Shown: positions 40,638 to 49,981 of the stretch, piece by piece
How the letters are laid out: every line of letters starts with the position of its first letter
Numbering within the stretch: position 1 is the first letter of the stretch
Notes under the pieces: model-generated
The model's database searches: none
Seen by the model: only the letters and a program-made list of their open reading frames with translations
Told to the model about the DNA's origin: nothing
Source of the DNA: an uncultured delta proteobacterium
Lineage (GTDB): Bacteria > Myxococcota > Myxococcia > Myxococcales > Myxococcaceae
Direction: 5' to 3'
Assembly: GCA_963713045.1 (NCBI GenBank)
Contig: CAVQKE010000003.1
Location: forward strand, 960,001-1,024,000
DNA length: 64,000 bases
Position numbers and translations under genes: made by a program

Positions 40638-41363
40638 TCAGTGAAGGTACCGGTCGGAATCCCGCGAGGTATTGCGGTCTGGCGCCACCACCTTTAGGTG
40701 CCGAGAGCGACCGCGCAGGCGGCGATGGAGCCGCCAGGATTGGAGCCGGAGCAACCACAGCTGGGGACCCCCGACCTTCAGATAGGTGGCGGCAAGTAGC
40801 AGGCCCAACACCGAGGGCACGACCAGAAGCCACCCATAGAAAGCTCCCTCGAGAAACACGAAGCCGACGCCGATGAGTGCGAGCACGTTGCCTGAGACGG
40901 GGAGACCCCAGAAGTTGGTCCCCACCCGTCCCAGGGACAGTCCGTAGGCGACCCACAGACTGATGGCCATCACCCAACCGCCTCCGAAGCTGACCAGTGC
41001 CAGCGGTGCCACCACAGCAGACAGCGCCACCGTCAGGACGCCGGCGAGCACTGTGGTACCGACCGCAAAGCTCAACATCCGGCGCGGCCCCCAGGTTTGC
41101 TCGAGCGAGCCGCCAACTTGCCAGAGGATGAGCGCCGAGAAGATGACGCCCATCGGGCTGGTCTCGATGAAGCCATACGTCAATGGCTGCCACAGCCAGA
41201 GACGGCCGAGGACATCCGCTGGAGTCAGGAGGAGAGCCGCCCCGAGGCCCTGCCGTAAAAGCGCGTACAGCACCGAACCGGCAGCAAGGGCCACCGCGAG
41301 ACGGACCGCCGTGCTGTGGATGCCAGGAAAGCCGAAGCCCAGGTTACGTCGTCGTGGACGCAT
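40638..41363 (-). CDS. Rhomboid-superfamily membrane protein, apparently non-catalytic
   Basis: LWQPLTYGF, LW..G..LE..WG..R rhomboid L1/TM2 signature. No GxSG serine and no TM6 His. Confidence 0.75.
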   Translation of the reverse strand: MRPRRRNLGFGFPGIHSTAVRLAVALAAGSVLYALLRQGLGAALLLTPADVLGRLWLWQPLTYGFIETSPMGVIFSALILWQVGGSLEQTWGPRRMLSFAVGTTVLAGVLTVALSAVVAPLALVSFGGGWVMAISLWVAYGLSLGRVGTNFWGLPVSGNVLALIGVGFVFLEGAFYGWLLVVPSVLGLLLAATYLKVGGPQLWLLRLQSWRLHRRLRGRSRHLKVVAPDRNTSRDSDRYLH

Positions 41364-41426
41364 CGAGGTGCAAGAGTGACGAGCACAGCCTTGCGACGCA
41401 AGCGCCAGTGGCGCTCGCCCCGGCGG

Positions 41427-41624
41427 CTAGGGCTTCGGGCGAAAGAAGAGCGTGATGGTCAGGCAGTGGAATTCCTTATCCGAGCTTTGCGTCACGACTT
41501 TGTCCACGACTTCAACGGTCGGGTTTTCGCGCAGCCACCGGGTGATGGCCTCCCCCATAACCTCGCGGTCTCGCGCCAGTGTGGTGGAGAACACCTTGAC
41601 CCCCGTGAACGCCTGCCCGCCCAT
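41427..41624 (-). CDS. Small conserved-looking protein (~65 aa)
   Basis: FTGVKVFSTTLARDRE.MGE.IT.WL...VVDKVVTQSSD..FHCLTITLF, a compact alpha/beta pattern I recall from myxobacterial genomes. Alternative GTG start at 41651. Confidence 0.7.
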   Translation of the reverse strand: MGGQAFTGVKVFSTTLARDREVMGEAITRWLRENPTVEVVDKVVTQSSDKEFHCLTITLFFRPKP

Positions 41625-41689
41625 CGGCTTGGCGTATACGTCCAAACTCACCTCTCAGCAACGAGGCGGGAAAGCTTCAGGGCCAACGG

Positions 41690-41896
41690 CTAGCGGCTGG
41701 CGCGGCGCGCCATGCAGGCCGCCTCCTCGCGGCATGCTGGACCGATGCCGTCCGGGTGCGCACCAAGGGGCGTCCGCTCCGACTCTTCGACCCCGCACAG
41801 GACGCATCGGCGCTTGCGCTGGCGCCGCTCGGCCCGTTGCTGCTCGGCGATGGCCTTGGCCCGTTCCCGGGCCTCCTTGTCTACACCGTCACCCAT
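41690..41896 (-). CDS. Small Cys-containing protein (~68 aa; coiled coil + CxxC...C...C)
   Basis: MGDGVDKEARERAK...RRCVLCG...GPACREEAAC. Codon usage fits the genome. Confidence 0.6.
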   Translation of the reverse strand: MGDGVDKEARERAKAIAEQQRAERRQRKRRCVLCGVEESERTPLGAHPDGIGPACREEAACMARRASR

Positions 41897-42025
41897 GGGA
41901 GGCATGAGTAACACACTGTCCCAGTGACAGAGGAGCCGTCGAAGCGTGAATTCGAGAGGCCCACGGGAAGGCGAGCGGACGCGACCAACCCCAGGGGGAC
42001 GAGGTAATCTCAGGCGGTGCCCGAC

Positions 42026-42388
42026 ATGACGCTGTACCCGGCTCGGTCTATTCCCTGGCTGCTGCTCTTGCTTGCTGCCTGCTCGGCGGGCAGTCCGACT
42101 CCGGCGACTGCGAAGGGGGCGCCCCGGGCCCCTGGCCTCACCGCCGCTTCGGACATTGGTGCCAGCGTCCGCCAACTGACGGCGCGCGGCTCTGACAACC
42201 TCGAGGTGACCGCCGGGCCTCTGCCCAATTCGAAAGTGATCCGGATTCGAGGCGGATTCAGCGAAGTGCTTCTGGCGAAAACCAATCCGGATGGAACGGT
42301 CAGCACCCGCTGCGTGGACTCGCCGGGCGGTGGCGATGCGTTTCTCAACGGCGCTGGCCCGTCCGCCCCGGTCAAGGCGGCGCAGTGA
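42026..42388 (+). CDS. Small lipoprotein (post-PEP-CTERM-1-like) coupled to a PA-domain peptidase
   Basis: Lipobox LLLAAC; C-terminal motif RGSDNL...GGF..VLLAK...DG.V..RCVDS. Its stop overlaps the next GTG start. Confidence 0.7.
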   Translation: MTLYPARSIPWLLLLLAACSAGSPTPATAKGAPRAPGLTAASDIGASVRQLTARGSDNLEVTAGPLPNSKVIRIRGGFSEVLLAKTNPDGTVSTRCVDSPGGGDAFLNGAGPSAPVKAAQ

Positions 42389-44595
42389 AAACCCTACAGC
42401 TTCGCAGTGTCCTTGCCGCAGCAATGTGGCTGTCGCTTGCGGCTCAGGCAGCAGACTTATCCATCCTCAACACCGAGGCTCCCGGCTTCAGCGACACCAC
42501 CCCGGCGACGCCGGTGTCAATCAACATTGGAACGACGCGGGGACAGCAGGCGCTGATTGTCTTTCAAACCGCCGCGGCGATGTGGGGCGCCACCATCCGC
42601 AGCACGGTGCCCATCATCATTGACAGCGAATTCGACACCCAGGCATCGGATTCGCGCTTTACCTGCAACGCCACCTCCATCGTCCTCGCCTACACGGTCC
42701 CGGGCGGCTTCGTCACTTCGCCGACCTTCGCGAACCCAACGGCGGGCTACATCTACTCCTTGGCCAACGCCCTGGCCGGGAGCGACCTCGCCTTCGGCAG
42801 CGCTCAGTTCCAGGTCAACATCAACGCCGACTTAGGCACCAGCAGCTGCGCCTTCCCGGCTGCTTGGTATTTCGGACTCGACACCAACATCCCGAACAAC
42901 GGACTCAGCCTGTTCACCACGCTGCTGCACGAATTTGGGCACGGCCTCGGGTTTTATTCGCTGGTCGACCCCTCCAGCGGCGGGGATGAGACCAGCTACT
43001 TCTCCGTTTTCGACTACCACATCTTCGACACCGATGCCGGAGTCCCGTGGACCGACGAGACCAGCGCGCAGCGGCAAAAGCTGGCCTCCACGCCGACCAG
43101 CATTGCCTTCGACGGCGCGGCAGTTCGCGCCGACATCCCAACGTTTCTGGCTGAACCGCCGACTCTTTTGACCACGTCCAACGGCACCACCACCTCGCTC
43201 GACTTTGCCAAGGGGGACTTCTCCGGTCCGTTGGTCGGCGCTCAGCGTCCGCTGGTCTCTGCCAATCCACAGGACGCTTGCTCCGAGTTGACCAACCCGT
43301 CGGCCATCTCCGGGAACTACGCGCTCATCGAGAGGAGCGTCGCCGATGCCGGAGTCGTCTGCACCTTCATCAGCAAAGCGGAGCGTGCCCTCGACGCCGG
43401 TGCCGTCGGCGTCATCGTCTTTGACTACATGACCGAGGGCCTCGTCGAGATGGCTGGGTCGCCGGTGCTCAGCATCCCAGCCACGTTCATCAGCAACCAG
43501 GACGGAATGACGCTCTTAAGCGAGATGGACCAAGGTCTCGTCACCGCGTCCTTCGGAGTTTCCTCCCACATTTCCAACACCGACTCGACCGAAACGCGGG
43601 TGCTGCTGTACACGCCGACGGCGGTCAGCTCCGGCTCCTCGGTGAGCCACTGGAATGCCGATTCCTATCCCCATACCCTAAATCTCGAGTACGCCATTCA
43701 ACCCGACATCCGGTTCAACATGGACTTCACGCCGGACGTGATGTCGGATTTGGGTTGGTCCGTGGTCAAGGGCCTCACCGTCTCGGTGGTGAAGCTCCTC
43801 GACCCGGAAGTGACGCCCAGCGGCCAGGTGAGCTACGTCACCGCCATCATCAACCGCCGGCCGACTGCCATTGACAGCGTGTCGCTCGACTTGGCGCTGC
43901 CCACGGGCGCGACCTTCACCTCCAATGTCTCGAGCCCGGCGGCGTGTGCAACCGCCTTTCCTTGCACCTTTGGGCCGATGCAGCCCGGGGACGTGGTGCT
44001 CGTGGTCACCACCCTCCAGGCCTCAGCGACGCCGGCGAACCCATTCACCGTGACGGCCACTCTCACTCCGTCCTCCTCCACTCACCCCGACACCGACAAC
44101 CTCACGTCGACGTCGACCCAGACGGTGGCCACGGGAGGAGACCTTCGGGTCAGCGTCACCGGGCCCTCGCCGGTCTCCACCGGCGCCACGGTCGTTCTCA
44201 CCACCACCGTCACCAACGCAGGGCCTGGAGAGGCCGCTGGCGTGACCCTCGATGGGACATTGTCCGGGCCGGCCACCAACCCTCCGGTCTTCGTTGCCAA
44301 CAACGGTGCCTGCTCGACGGCGTTTCCCTGTAGCTTGAACGCCATCCCCGCCGGTCAGACCGTCACCATCTCCTCCGTCTACAATGTTCCGGCGGGCTTT
44401 CAGAGCGGAACCACCTTCACCGCCACCGTCAGCTCGGCGACGCCAGACTCGAACCTTGCCAACAACACTGCGACCTTCGCCTTCTCCACCACCGCCAGCA
44501 GCGGGTGCAGCACCACCGGAGAGCCGGGAACAGTGTTCGGGCTGGTGGGAGTGGCCTTGGCGGCGTTGCTCCGGCGTCGCGGCGACACCTTTTAG
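42385..44595 (+). CDS. Secreted HExxH metallopeptidase with PA domain, two DUF11-like Ig repeats and a MYXO-CTERM-type tail
   Basis: Signal peptide, LHEFGHGLG, PA motif YALIER..C.F..K...A..AGA, GSSVSHW, tail SGCSTT + TM + RRR. Confidence 0.85.
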   Translation: MKTLQLRSVLAAAMWLSLAAQAADLSILNTEAPGFSDTTPATPVSINIGTTRGQQALIVFQTAAAMWGATIRSTVPIIIDSEFDTQASDSRFTCNATSIVLAYTVPGGFVTSPTFANPTAGYIYSLANALAGSDLAFGSAQFQVNINADLGTSSCAFPAAWYFGLDTNIPNNGLSLFTTLLHEFGHGLGFYSLVDPSSGGDETSYFSVFDYHIFDTDAGVPWTDETSAQRQKLASTPTSIAFDGAAVRADIPTFLAEPPTLLTTSNGTTTSLDFAKGDFSGPLVGAQRPLVSANPQDACSELTNPSAISGNYALIERSVADAGVVCTFISKAERALDAGAVGVIVFDYMTEGLVEMAGSPVLSIPATFISNQDGMTLLSEMDQGLVTASFGVSSHISNTDSTETRVLLYTPTAVSSGSSVSHWNADSYPHTLNLEYAIQPDIRFNMDFTPDVMSDLGWSVVKGLTVSVVKLLDPEVTPSGQVSYVTAIINRRPTAIDSVSLDLALPTGATFTSNVSSPAACATAFPCTFGPMQPGDVVLVVTTLQASATPANPFTVTATLTPSSSTHPDTDNLTSTSTQTVATGGDLRVSVTGPSPVSTGATVVLTTTVTNAGPGEAAGVTLDGTLSGPATNPPVFVANNGACSTAFPCSLNAIPAGQTVTISSVYNVPAGFQSGTTFTATVSSATPDSNLANNTATFAFSTTASSGCSTTGEPGTVFGLVGVALAALLRRRGDTF

Positions 44596-44647
44596 CCCGC
44601 GGGGGGTTCTGCACGGGGTCCAGGGGTTTCTCCGCCCAGGCTCCAGC

Positions 44648-46531
44648 ATGTCTCCGCACTGCTATGTCGCCTCGCTGGCCTTCCTGGTGCTGTCCAGCGC
44701 GACGGCAGCCGGCGCGGACCTCACCATCCTGGACACCAACGAACCTCTCCAGGGCCTCAATGACCCGACCCCTGTCGAACCGGTGGGCCTGAACTTCGGC
44801 ACCACCCGCGGCCAACAAGCCCTCATCGCCCTGCAGTACGCGGCCACCATCTGGGGCGCGACACTCAAGAGTTCAGTCCCGGTCGTGATTGACGCGGCCT
44901 TCGTCAGCACCTCGGAAGACACGGGCCTGAGCTGCTCGAGCACTGCCGGCATCCTTGGGCTCACCGGAGCCGCATCCTACGCATCTGGGCCGCAGTTTCC
45001 GTTGCCGGAGGCGGCCTACCCTGCCGCACTCGCCAACGCCCTCACCGGCACGGATGCCACACCCGGCGAGGCGCACATCATCTCGCGCTTCAACGCAAGC
45101 ATCGGCACGCCCGAGTGCCTGGAAGGTCAGAGCTACTACTACGGGCTGGTGGGCAACGCCGCCTTCAACCAGCACGACCTGGTCACGGTGTTTCTCCACG
45201 AGTTTGCCCACGGCCTTGGGTTTCTCTCCTTCGTGGACGCAGCCACCGGGAGCTTTGGAGCGCGACCCCCGTCTGTCTTCGACTTTCACATCTGGGACGT
45301 CGCGGACGGCAGCAGCTGGCAGTCGGAGACGGACGCGCAGCGCGAAGGGCTGGCGGATACTCCAGGCGGCCTTGCGCTGCAGGGCTCAGCGCTCGCGGCA
45401 GCCATCCCAGACTTCCTGGCCTACCTGCCGACGTTGAGTGTCAACGTCCCGACCTTGCCGGACCCGGTGCCCTTTGCCCAAGCGACGTTCAGCGGGCCCT
45501 TCTTCCAAGGCACCCTCGGCGTGGTGGCTGCGCAGCCTCTGAATGGCTGCAGCGAATTGACCAATGCCGCGCAGCTCGCGGGCAACGTCGCGCTCATCCA
45601 AAGGAGCCTTCCGGACGCGGGCGTCTTCTGCAGATTCTTGGACAAAGCCAATCGCGCCCAGGACGCCGGCGCCGCGGCGGTGGTGCTCTTCAATGACATT
45701 CCGGACGCGCCGCTGGTCACGCCCAGCGGCTCGGCCACACTGGCCATCCCGGTCACCTTCGTCACCCTGGAGACGGGAATGGCCATTCTCCAGCAGGCCA
45801 CCGTCGCCCCGGTGACCGCGACGTTTGGCCAGAGCTCACTGCGTGGAGGGGTGGACGTCTCCGGGGACCGCGTCCTGTTGTACACGCCGGCGGCAGTCGC
45901 CAGCGCTTCGTCCGTGTCGCACTTCGACACGACAGCCACCCCGGCGGTCCTGATGGAGCCAGCCATCCAACCCAACGTGGTCCGCGAGCTCGACCTGACC
46001 CCGGCCGTCCTGTCTGACCTCGGATGGACCGTGGTCCAGGGCCTGTCCGTTTCGGTGGCGAAGGCGCTGGAGCAGCAGATTTATCCAAACCAGGACGCCA
46101 CCTACCTGCTGACGCTCGTCAACCGCCGCCGCTCGCCGGCCAACGAGGTGAGCCTCAACCTGGGGCTTCCGGGCGAGACGAGCGTCGTCTCCTCAGCCGG
46201 GGCGTGCTCGGGCACATCGTTCCCCTGTAGCCTGGGCACGGTCGGTCCGGGTGCAGTGGTGTTGACGGTGGTGACACTGCACGTTTCAGCCGATGCCCCC
46301 AGCCCCTTTGTCCTGACGGCCACCGTCAGCGCCTCGGATTCGGGCCCGGACGACGTCCTTCAAGCGACGTCCACGCTGGCCACCGTCCAGTCCACCGGGT
46401 GCAGCACGAGCGCTCGGCCGCCGGGCTGGCTGTCTTTCGGCTTCTTGGCACTCCTCGCCAGCCGGCTTCGACGGCGCGGCGCGAGCAGTCCAACGCCCAG
46501 CATCCGAACGGGCCGTTTGGCATCCAAGTAG
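44648..46531 (+). CDS. Paralogous PA-domain metallopeptidase with one DUF11-like repeat and a MYXO-CTERM-type tail
   Basis: LHEFAHGLG, VALIQR..C.F..K...AQ.AGA, SSVSHF..LMEP, tail TGCSTS + TM + RRR. Collinear with the upstream gene; ATG at 44648. Confidence 0.85.
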   Translation: MSPHCYVASLAFLVLSSATAAGADLTILDTNEPLQGLNDPTPVEPVGLNFGTTRGQQALIALQYAATIWGATLKSSVPVVIDAAFVSTSEDTGLSCSSTAGILGLTGAASYASGPQFPLPEAAYPAALANALTGTDATPGEAHIISRFNASIGTPECLEGQSYYYGLVGNAAFNQHDLVTVFLHEFAHGLGFLSFVDAATGSFGARPPSVFDFHIWDVADGSSWQSETDAQREGLADTPGGLALQGSALAAAIPDFLAYLPTLSVNVPTLPDPVPFAQATFSGPFFQGTLGVVAAQPLNGCSELTNAAQLAGNVALIQRSLPDAGVFCRFLDKANRAQDAGAAAVVLFNDIPDAPLVTPSGSATLAIPVTFVTLETGMAILQQATVAPVTATFGQSSLRGGVDVSGDRVLLYTPAAVASASSVSHFDTTATPAVLMEPAIQPNVVRELDLTPAVLSDLGWTVVQGLSVSVAKALEQQIYPNQDATYLLTLVNRRRSPANEVSLNLGLPGETSVVSSAGACSGTSFPCSLGTVGPGAVVLTVVTLHVSADAPSPFVLTATVSASDSGPDDVLQATSTLATVQSTGCSTSARPPGWLSFGFLALLASRLRRRGASSPTPSIRTGRLASK

Positions 46532-46553
46532 GCAACATCACACAGGAGGTTCT

Positions 46554-46976
46554 ATGGCCTACCAGCCGCTGTACACCGCCGTGGCCACCGCACACGGAGG
46601 ACGCACCGGACACGTCCGTTCGGACGACGGTCTCATCGACATGGGCCTTGCCATGCCTACCTCGCTGGGAGGTCCAGGCGGCAAAGGGACCAACCCCGAA
46701 CAACTCTTCGCCGCGGGGTATGCCGCTTGCTTCGAAAGCGCATTGCGGCTGGTAGCGCGCACGCAGAAGGCGCCGCTGCAGGATGCCTCCATCACCGCCC
46801 GCGTCACCATCGGAAAACCCGACGACGGCGGCTTCAGCTTAGCGGTCGAGCTCCACGGCAACCTGTCGGGCGTAGAAAAGTCGGCCGCCCAAGCGCTGAT
46901 GGAGGCTGCCCACCAAGTCTGTCCCTACAGCCGTGCCACCAGGGGCAACATCCCGGTGAAGCTCATCGTCGATTGA
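46554..46976 (+). CDS. ohr: Organic hydroperoxide resistance protein
   Basis: LYTA.A...GGR.G, TNPEQLFAAGYAACF, AHQVCPYSRATRGN; AGGAGG RBS. Confidence 0.96.
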   Translation: MAYQPLYTAVATAHGGRTGHVRSDDGLIDMGLAMPTSLGGPGGKGTNPEQLFAAGYAACFESALRLVARTQKAPLQDASITARVTIGKPDDGGFSLAVELHGNLSGVEKSAAQALMEAAHQVCPYSRATRGNIPVKLIVD

Positions 46977-46986
46977 GGGTGCGCTT

Positions 46987-48234
46987 TTATGCTGCCGGGG
47001 TGAGCGCCGTCTCGGCAGCGTTCCTCGCCTTTCGCCGCTCAATCAGCCACGCCGCGAGCACGCCGAGCTCGTAGCAGGCAATCATCGGTCCGGCCATCAG
47101 CATTAGGTTCACCGCATCTCCGGTGGGGGTGATGATGGCGGCGACAATCAAACAGACGATGATGGCGTGCCGCTGATAGCGCATCAGGAATCGAGATTTG
47201 ACGACCCCCAGTGCCGCCAACAGGGCCATCACCAGCGGCAACTCAAAAATAATTCCGAGGGCCAGCAGCAAAAGAAGCACCAGCGACAGTTGCTCGCTCA
47301 TGGTGAGCAACGGACGAGTCCAAGCCTCCGTTGCTAGCTGGTGCTGGCCGGCAGCCAGCGCCCGCTCCAGCCGCCACACCCGGGCGACCTCGCCACCCTG
47401 CGCGCCGGCTGCGCCGGCGACAAGCGCTGCCGACTCCTCCATGGCCACGTCGGCGGCGCCGCCCTGCCCCGTCTGGAGCGCGTCCAGCGCGGCCAGCCGT
47501 TTGTCCATCGCCCGTCTCAGCACCGGTGCACCGGCGGGACCGAGTGCGGCATGCATCGCGTCGAGAAGTCGACCGAGGGCATCAAAGCGCGCTTTTTGGT
47601 CCACCAACCCTTCGGACGCCTGCCCCTGGTCGGCAGCCACCTGGCCTTCACCGCTGGCGTTGAGAGCACTCTGTGCCGATGCGGCTTGCTCGCCCGCTCG
47701 CTCAAACGCGCCGAGACTCACCAGCCTGAGGACTTCGGTTTCGCGGGCCTGCGTCTGCTCCACCCGCGCCTGCACCGGTGCCGATTCCCCGGTGAGCAAG
47801 AAGCGGAACATGGTGGGCAACAGCACGAAGTAACAGAAGGCGGCGCCCGCCAGGAAGGCGAACGAGCCGAGGAGGACGAAAGGTGCGGCATAGCGCCGCT
47901 CGGCTGGGTACAGGCCTGGCGCGACGAAGCCCCACAGCTGCCAGAGGATGATGGGCGTGCTGAGAAAAATGCCGGCGTACAGGCCGACCTTCATCAGCAC
48001 GTTAATCTCCTCGATGCCCGACGTGTAAATGAGGCTCCGCTGGCCCGGAGGCAAAGCCTCCAGCACTGGACGCATCAGTGCGCCGAAGATGGGGCGCGCG
48101 AACACCAGCCCGAGGATGCCCAGCGCGAGCACGGAGAGCGTGCAGCGCAGCAGCCGGGACCGGAGCTCGCCCAGGTGCTCGGCGAGGCTCAGTCGGTCGT
48201 CCTCCGCCTCAGCCGTCACGTCGGGGGACACCAT
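46987..48234 (-). CDS. tatC: Twin-arginine translocase subunit TatC with a large loop insertion
   Basis: L.EHL.ELR.RL, QLWGFVAPGLY..E, IFELP, AAIITPT.D, YELG. Confidence 0.92.
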   Translation of the reverse strand: MVSPDVTAEAEDDRLSLAEHLGELRSRLLRCTLSVLALGILGLVFARPIFGALMRPVLEALPPGQRSLIYTSGIEEINVLMKVGLYAGIFLSTPIILWQLWGFVAPGLYPAERRYAAPFVLLGSFAFLAGAAFCYFVLLPTMFRFLLTGESAPVQARVEQTQARETEVLRLVSLGAFERAGEQAASAQSALNASGEGQVAADQGQASEGLVDQKARFDALGRLLDAMHAALGPAGAPVLRRAMDKRLAALDALQTGQGGAADVAMEESAALVAGAAGAQGGEVARVWRLERALAAGQHQLATEAWTRPLLTMSEQLSLVLLLLLALGIIFELPLVMALLAALGVVKSRFLMRYQRHAIIVCLIVAAIITPTGDAVNLMLMAGPMIACYELGVLAAWLIERRKARNAAETALTPAA

Positions 48235-48673
48235 CGGCGTAGGGGTCGCTGTGGGGAGTGGTGCCGTCAGACGACGCCGAAGGCGCGGTCTCGGTTGTTG
48301 GAGAGTCGGCCGCCGGTGGGCGCGAGGCCACTACCCCCTCGGGGGCGGGAAATGCGGGGAAGCTCGGCGGAGGGAGAATTCGAGGACTGGCCTCATCGGC
48401 GCCGCTGAGTGGCAGCCCGAAACGCGAGGTCGAAACCGGGCTGATTTCGGGCGAGGCGCTCGGCGCTTTTTTCGAGGTTGGGTCCTGCAGGACGTCCTGG
48501 TCCATCCGGTAGAACTCTCGTTCCACCATGGTGCGGACCTCATCTGTATGTTTGCGGAACTCGCGGAAAAGCTTCCCCAGCCCCCGAGCCAGCTCGGGCA
48601 GCTTGTCCGGCCCGAGCAAGAGCAGCGCCACGACGCTGATGAGGGCAATTTCTCCGGCACCGAGGTTGAACAT
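48209..48673 (-). CDS. tatB: Twin-arginine translocase subunit TatB (TatA/B family)
   Basis: MFNLG..E...I..VALLLLGPDKLPELAR.LG, followed by a disordered tail. Confidence 0.88.
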   Translation of the reverse strand: MFNLGAGEIALISVVALLLLGPDKLPELARGLGKLFREFRKHTDEVRTMVEREFYRMDQDVLQDPTSKKAPSASPEISPVSTSRFGLPLSGADEASPRILPPPSFPAFPAPEGVVASRPPAADSPTTETAPSASSDGTTPHSDPYADGVPRRDG

Positions 48674-48694
48674 GAGATTCCTTAGAAGAGGCTC

Positions 48695-49981
48695 TTAAAC
48701 CTTCTTGAGCGGCCGCGCCATTCCCGGGGGCGCTGGCCCACGGTCGGCTTCCGCCTCCGGGGCGGCCGGCGGCGCTGGCTGGCCGCCAGTGACGTCCCGC
48801 TCCACCCGGAAGAGCAGGGGCGGCAGAGCCGCCGTCAGCGCCAGCGACAGCGCCGCCAGCCGACGGACATGAAGCAGGCGTCCTCCCGGACCCTCAGCCA
48901 GCACCAGCGTGGAGGTGATGGCTCCCGCTGCGCTTGAGAGGTGCTGGACCGCGGATTGAAAGGACATGAAGCGGGCGCGCTCCGCCGGCGTGGGCACTTT
49001 CGAGGTGAGCGTGTTGTAGGACACGTTGCGGACGGACAGCGCGAACATGAAGAGGAGGAAAAGCAACAGCACCGGTGGATGGGGCGGAACGTCGACAAAA
49101 ATGAGCCAGATGGCACCGGCGATGAGGACCGAGCCGGCCGTTCCTACGCGGAAGCTACCCAGCCGGTCGACCAACTTTCCCACCAGCCGTAACGAGATGA
49201 AGCTGACCAAGCCACCGGCACCGTACAGCGTCCAAAGCGCGCTTCGAGGCAACCCGAGGTTGCCTTGGACATAAGCGGAGAGGTTGGGAATGAGGAGAAA
49301 GCCCGCGCCCATCACCACCGCAGTCATGAGGTAGGACTGCAACACCGTGCGGCGAAAAAGTGGCGCCCTCGCCGGTGCGCCGACCTCGAGGAGCTTCAGG
49401 TGGTCCCGCATCGGCGGCAGCAGGGCGATGGTTCCTGCGGTGATGAGCAGGCCCAACCCACCAAGGACGAAAAACGGGGCGCGCCATCCCGCCCATTCTG
49501 CCAATTTCAGACTGGTCGGAACGCCCACCACCGCCGCCACGCTGAAGGCACCCATCACCGCTCCCAGCGCCTTCCCTCGCCGCTCAGACGGGACGGCATC
49601 GGCGACGATGCTGAGGGACAGCGAGGTGGCCGGACCCCCAAAGGCGCCAGCAAGCACGCGGGCGGCGAGCAGCGAGGGTAAGCCGGTGGCCAGCCCTCCT
49701 GTGAGAGTGCCAAGGGCCAACCCGCTCATGGCCACTGCCAGCGCGGAACGCCGGCCGTAACGGTCGAGGAAGAACGAGCCGGCCAGACCGGCGAGCGCTG
49801 CCGCGAGGGTGTAGCTGCCCCCCACCAGCCCGAGCCGAGACAGCGGGATGCCGAGGTCCCGGGCAAAGTCCGGACCAAGGGGCATCACCATCACGAAGTC
49901 GAGAATGTTGACGAATTGCACGGCTCCAATGAGGAACACCAGCATCCGCTCGGAGATGCGACGCGGCGCAGAGGGCCTCAC
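48695..49981 (-). CDS. MFS transporter
   Basis: About 12 TMs, motif A LDRYGRR, ERRG.ALG. Confidence 0.9.
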   Translation of the reverse strand: MRPSAPRRISERMLVFLIGAVQFVNILDFVMVMPLGPDFARDLGIPLSRLGLVGGSYTLAAALAGLAGSFFLDRYGRRSALAVAMSGLALGTLTGGLATGLPSLLAARVLAGAFGGPATSLSLSIVADAVPSERRGKALGAVMGAFSVAAVVGVPTSLKLAEWAGWRAPFFVLGGLGLLITAGTIALLPPMRDHLKLLEVGAPARAPLFRRTVLQSYLMTAVVMGAGFLLIPNLSAYVQGNLGLPRSALWTLYGAGGLVSFISLRLVGKLVDRLGSFRVGTAGSVLIAGAIWLIFVDVPPHPPVLLLFLLFMFALSVRNVSYNTLTSKVPTPAERARFMSFQSAVQHLSSAAGAITSTLVLAEGPGGRLLHVRRLAALSLALTAALPPLLFRVERDVTGGQPAPPAAPEAEADRGPAPPGMARPLKKV

